This document shows, one piece after another, positions 59,771-64,000 of a DNA stretch of 64,000 nucleotides. Position 1 is the stretch's first letter. Every line of letters begins with the position of its first letter. Origin of the DNA: Acidobacteriota bacterium (lineage in GTDB: Bacteria > Acidobacteriota > UBA6911); contig OY761556.1 in NCBI GenBank assembly GCA_963664705.1, positions 3,648,001 to 3,712,000 of the forward strand, read 5' to 3'. The translations under genes were made by a program, and so were the position numbers. The notes under the pieces are model-generated. The model did no database searches, was not told the origin of the DNA, and worked only from the letters and a program-made list of their open reading frames with translations.

Positions 59771-61852
59771 TTACATTTTCATATGCGATGGAGAATCGCT
59801 GCCGGCCCTTTTGAGGTCACCCAGGAATTCGCGGAGAGCCCTTTCGCTGGCAGGATCCGCCATGATTATTATTGTGTCTCCCTGCCGGAGACTGGTATTG
59901 CCATGAGGGAATACCGTCTCTCCTTCCCGCATGATCGAAACGACCAGTGTATTCGGCGGCAACCCGGCATCCCGCAGAGCCTTTCCGGTCAGGGGAGATG
60001 AAGATTTCAGCTGAGCTTCAAAAAGAATGGTGTTGCCCGGAAGTGAGTTGGTCCGGCGAATGCTTCGCTCAAGAGTGTTCCGGTAAGCTGTTATTGCATC
60101 TTTGACCGTAAGCTTGCCCACAAGATTGCCTGCCTCCACCACGGGTGCCCAACTCAATCCTGCAGTAGTCAGCCGTTCGAGTGCAACATCCATGCGCTCT
60201 TCAGGTTTCAATACAACGGAGTCCTTGATCACTATCTTGTCAACGACCGCATTCGCCACCTCCTCAGGTGGCAGCTTCTCCAACTGACGATATGAAAGAA
60301 CTCCAACAAACCTGCCCGTGTTGTCCAGCAGAACCGCTCCTGAATCCGGATCATGATCCAAGACTGAAACAGCCGCCCTGATCGGGAGGCCGGCAGCAAT
60401 GGTGCTGCATGAATTCAATGCGTCCCGTACGAGCAGAGATGAAAGAAGCGGAAAACTCATTCGGACGCGGTGCGCCGGCGAACTTGCCCGGTCGGGAATC
60501 TGGCTGCGATAAATCGTGTTGTTCCCCGTGATAGCGGTCGAAATCGCAACCACGATCATTGCAGGCGCCAACAGCGAAAGATTACCTGTCATTTCTGCTA
60601 CCATCAGCATAACAGCCAAAGGAGCATGGGCTATTCCTCCGAACATTCCTATCATTCCGATGATGACAAACGGCGCCGGGCTTGCGGGCATACCATGAAA
60701 AATCGGGTGGAACAGGCGCCAAAAGGAAGCCCCCAGCATTCCGCCTATGACCATTCCGGGTCCGAAAATGCCTCCCGATCCTCCCGAACTGATGGACAGA
60801 GAGGTGGACAGGATCTTCGCGAACGGCAGGACAAGAACAACCCAGAGCGGCAGGAGCTTCTCGTCTGGGCCCATGGCGATCTGAATCCATCCATAACCCA
60901 TGTGCAGACATGCGGGAAGGACAAGACCCATTAATCCAACGAGGAGACCTCCAATGGCGGGTTTCAGCCACCGGGGCAGCTTGATTCTATGGAATATCTC
61001 GTGGGTACCATAAAAGGATTTTGAATAGAGAATCCCTACTAATCCGCAGACCACGCCCAAAATTGCGTAATAAATGAGTTGGATAGGCTGATCAAAGCCA
61101 ATCTGTGGCATTGCACCAAACACGGGTGTGTAGCCGAAGAAAGCACCGAAAATACTGTAGCCGACTATCGATGCAATTAATCCGGGGATTAGAGCTTCGA
61201 CTTCCAGATCGTGGATGTACAGTATTTCGGCGGAAAGCAAAGCTCCTCCGAGAGGGGCCCGGAAAATAGCGCCGATCCCGGCCCCGATTCCAGCCGCAAC
61301 GGCTATGCGCCGGTTCTGTAGGTCAAGGTTCAGCCATTTACCCATGAGGGACCCGAATCCGGCCGATATTTGAGCTGCCGGACCTTCTCTCCCGCCGGAT
61401 CCACCAGCACCGATGGTAATCGCCGAGGCCACTAACTTAATCAAAGGGATCCGCGCACGGATGATTCCTCCCCTTTTATGGATCGCTTCAATGGCAGCAT
61501 CGGTTCCATGCCCTTCGGCCTCAGGCGCCAGGCTAAACACTATGATTCCGGAAAGCAGCCCGCCGAGAGCGGTGATCAAAGGAAGCAACCAGGGATGTGC
61601 CATGGGTGAAATAACAGGTGAGCCTTCTCCGATGGGGCCTGGAGGAATGTAGCCTACAATCCTCCCCAAAAACAGTTTTGTGCACCAATCAATCGCGGAG
61701 AAAAAAACAACCGAGCCCAACCCGGCTACGATCCCTATCATTGTGCTTAGAAATAGCCATTTCCCCAGATAGCGATGCCCTTCAAATCCGGATCCCAGGG
61801 CTCGGATTCGGTTGAGCCATTTCGTTAAACCCTCTTGATCTGCGGAGTTCAT
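59771..61852 (-). CDS. CLC-family chloride channel/transporter with CBS pair and TrkA-C domain
   Basis: GHGTD, GREGP, FRAPLGG, GGIFGP, AEMTG; CBS pair; P.G.T.L..GD. Confidence 0.92.
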   Translation of the reverse strand: MNSADQEGLTKWLNRIRALGSGFEGHRYLGKWLFLSTMIGIVAGLGSVVFFSAIDWCTKLFLGRIVGYIPPGPIGEGSPVISPMAHPWLLPLITALGGLLSGIIVFSLAPEAEGHGTDAAIEAIHKRGGIIRARIPLIKLVASAITIGAGGSGGREGPAAQISAGFGSLMGKWLNLDLQNRRIAVAAGIGAGIGAIFRAPLGGALLSAEILYIHDLEVEALIPGLIASIVGYSIFGAFFGYTPVFGAMPQIGFDQPIQLIYYAILGVVCGLVGILYSKSFYGTHEIFHRIKLPRWLKPAIGGLLVGLMGLVLPACLHMGYGWIQIAMGPDEKLLPLWVVLVLPFAKILSTSLSISSGGSGGIFGPGMVIGGMLGASFWRLFHPIFHGMPASPAPFVIIGMIGMFGGIAHAPLAVMLMVAEMTGNLSLLAPAMIVVAISTAITGNNTIYRSQIPDRASSPAHRVRMSFPLLSSLLVRDALNSCSTIAAGLPIRAAVSVLDHDPDSGAVLLDNTGRFVGVLSYRQLEKLPPEEVANAVVDKIVIKDSVVLKPEERMDVALERLTTAGLSWAPVVEAGNLVGKLTVKDAITAYRNTLERSIRRTNSLPGNTILFEAQLKSSSPLTGKALRDAGLPPNTLVVSIMREGETVFPHGNTSLRQGDTIIIMADPASERALREFLGDLKRAGSDSPSHMKM

Positions 61853-62180
61853 TCACAGCTCCTTGCCATCCGGTCATAAAGCCCTCCCAGGGCCGTATGC
61901 CAGCTGGAGAAAAGAGAATTTTTGATTTTGTCGGGAAGCGAGTGACTGGGTCTGCCATAACGGTCGACTCAAACTGCTTTATTCAGCGTTACAGGGGCAA
62001 CCGACTGTGAGTTCACGTTGAACCGGGTTGGGTCGGGTGCGTAATCAATCCAATCCATATACATCGTAGCGCGATAAATATGGGATTCCAGATTCCAAAT
62101 TTATGATTTTAGATATAGCGGTGGGGTAGGAGATGATTGAACTGAAACCGGAATGAGGATTGATTGCGGAGGCCGGGATT

Positions 62181-62224
62181 TCGGTCGTCAGTCGCCAGCA
62201 AACGCATTGGCAACTGACGACCGA
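62181..62224. repeat. Heptamer-built inverted repeat downstream of Fn3 gene
   Basis: TCGGTCGTCAGTCGCCA ... TGGCAACTGACGACCGA. Confidence 0.8.
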
Positions 62225-62243
62225 CGACAGACTATCTGTTCCC

Positions 62244-63998
62244 TTATTGCCCAGGTATTGCGGACAGTACCGACAGGCTGTTCGTGCCGAATAGGGCGAA
62301 CGAAGCAACCGGCTTGTCGGCAATCACGCGGATGTATCCGGATGTTCCATTCTGTCCTGCCATGGATGGGAAAAGTTCGGTTACAAGCCGAGCTATTCTG
62401 TTCATCCCGGGCAGTGTCTGGGTGGTCTGAGCCATCACCTGGCCGTTCTCGGAAACGAACTGAATAACCACATTGGCATTGGCAAGGCTGGGGTTCAATA
62501 CCGCAACACCGGTGAAGTACATGTCGTTGGAAGCCACCTGGCTGTAGGTGATGGAATTCCTTAAACTGTAGACCAGTGGCAGTGACGAAGCGAAGGATTG
62601 ACCATTCATGTTTCCGAAGACTGTGGACCCAGCCAACCGGATTCCATCGCTCTCGATTCGAACATATCCGGCGGTAGTCGTTTCCAAATCCAGGGCCGCG
62701 AAGAATGAGGGATCATCAATCCAGATTTTGCCTTGGGCTCCAATCACAACCTCTTTACTGGAACCGATCTGGACCCCATCTCCCCCGTACAGCTGAAGAG
62801 TAACCAGCCCCGGTCGGGAATCCAGGTTGATAATCGACAGACTTGTTTTATAGGAACCACCCATGGCGTACTGGGGTGAATAGAGAACTGTTCCACCTGC
62901 ACTTCGATCCTGTCCGCTCAATGAAGCGATGTCACCAACATCGGGCGTCATCAATTCGAAGGATTGCAGTCCTTTCGGGGAGCGAATGAGCACATAGTCG
63001 CTCGGATCCGGCTGATATCCCGTGAACAAATCGCCAAACAGATCGACCACGATAGCGCCATTCCCATTGACGGGGCGGGATTGGGAACTTCTCACGCTTC
63101 CATCCGCCTTCATGAGGTCGATTGTGACGATTCCGCTGCCAGGCTCGGTATTGGCAAGGTTGATTTTTGTCGACCCTGCCGGCACGATTTCGCTCAGGAT
63201 CACATCCCGGAATGGAGCATACCCGAAGCTTGCCCCATCCATTTCGCTGTTGTCCTCATCAAACCCGAGGTAGAAACCCACCACATCGGAACTGTCACTC
63301 TCCACCCTGATCCAGCCGTTCGCGGTGACATTGGCAAAGCCTTTCCCAAAAATATCCAGATCCATAATAGCGATCCTGGCAACTGGACCAATCGGAGAAG
63401 TCGCGGGGTTCACAATATCGGGGCCCGTGATCAGTTCCCCATTACTATCGACGGCTGTAAAGGTGAGGTCTGATTGTGTGCTGCTCATATTGGCAAGCGC
63501 GAGACCAAACATTGTCTGATTCCCTGCAGCGCTTCTCACCTCGTTGGAGTTGGCAGAGGTGAAAAGAGGCAGCGCCACCAGGAGCTTTCCGCGACTGTTT
63601 GTTGTGAATGTCGATTCTGGTGTAACCCCCTGGTTCCCGTCCGGATCGGCGGATTTGATTCTAAAGTTGTACTGAGTCGACTTCTGCAGATCATTGATCG
63701 TCAGCGAGTGCGTCGTCGCCATATCATTAATTACCGAGAGCCCGACCGGCTGGTTGGCCCGCCAGAATTCCACTCGGGAATTAGCAACAACATCCGTCGT
63801 CCAATTAATGGTGACACTACGGTTTGTGATACCGGTTATCGTGACATCGCTAATAACTGGGGGAACCCCGCTCTTGGCAGTCTGAAAAGTGTAGTCCACA
63901 GAGGTCGAAGGATTGCCCGCCGCGTCCGCAGACTTGATGCGGTAATGATAGGTAGTATTCGCCGCCAAACCTGCCAAGGTCTGGAAGTGCGACGCCAC
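62244..63998 (-). CDS. Fibronectin type III repeat protein with four C-terminal beta-sandwich repeats (5' partial)
   Basis: L....Y..RIKSAD..GN Fn3 motifs twice; frame open to window end. Confidence 0.85.
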   Translation of the reverse strand: MASHFQTLAGLAANTTYHYRIKSADAAGNPSTSVDYTFQTAKSGVPPVISDVTITGITNRSVTINWTTDVVANSRVEFWRANQPVGLSVINDMATTHSLTINDLQKSTQYNFRIKSADPDGNQGVTPESTFTTNSRGKLLVALPLFTSANSNEVRSAAGNQTMFGLALANMSSTQSDLTFTAVDSNGELITGPDIVNPATSPIGPVARIAIMDLDIFGKGFANVTANGWIRVESDSSDVVGFYLGFDEDNSEMDGASFGYAPFRDVILSEIVPAGSTKINLANTEPGSGIVTIDLMKADGSVRSSQSRPVNGNGAIVVDLFGDLFTGYQPDPSDYVLIRSPKGLQSFELMTPDVGDIASLSGQDRSAGGTVLYSPQYAMGGSYKTSLSIINLDSRPGLVTLQLYGGDGVQIGSSKEVVIGAQGKIWIDDPSFFAALDLETTTAGYVRIESDGIRLAGSTVFGNMNGQSFASSLPLVYSLRNSITYSQVASNDMYFTGVAVLNPSLANANVVIQFVSENGQVMAQTTQTLPGMNRIARLVTELFPSMAGQNGTSGYIRVIADKPVASFALFGTNSLSVLSAIPGQ

Positions 63999-64000
63999 AA

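Noticed and set aside
61853-62243. Fluoride or c-di-AMP riboswitch upstream of the CLC gene
   Set aside because: No GGNGAUG..UC.CC motif; only an isolated CGCUGAAU without the rest of the ydaO consensus

Overview
A mostly core-genome bacterial window, moderately GC-rich (roughly 55% by eye). Gene content and protein styles suggest Acidobacteriota, which is an inference. It carries the ffh-rpsP-khpA-rimM-trmD-rplS cluster followed by a large TPR protein and a thiE-like gene, then selB, a divergent pyrimidine cluster (pyrR-pyrB-pyrC / pyrK-pyrD-pyrF), NAD genes (nadE-pncB; nadA-nadC), arginase and class I fumarase, lepB, tadA, smc, purC, a CIRCE-controlled groES-groEL operon, cysS, tRNA-Gly(GCC), a CLC channel and a partial Fn3 surface protein. 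No CRISPR array, integrase, transposase or rRNA was seen. The most interesting observations are: (1) an unannotated ~210-nt rod-like fold at 30604-30812 whose mismatches become G-U pairs on the minus strand (candidate ncRNA), divergent from a small basic nucleoid-protein-like gene; (2) a secreted, apparently circularly permuted SpoIVB/S55 peptidase paired with a secreted beta-propeller protein; (3) a NucS/EndoMS-like PD-(D/E)xK protein with a possible degenerate second nuclease fold; (4) tandem NadQ-like operators over the nadA promoter of a nadA-nadC operon that lacks nadB; (5) many intergenic hairpins built of 7- or 9-mer repeats; (6) several probable leaderless mRNAs. All calls come from reading motifs by eye; no searches or folding programs were run.
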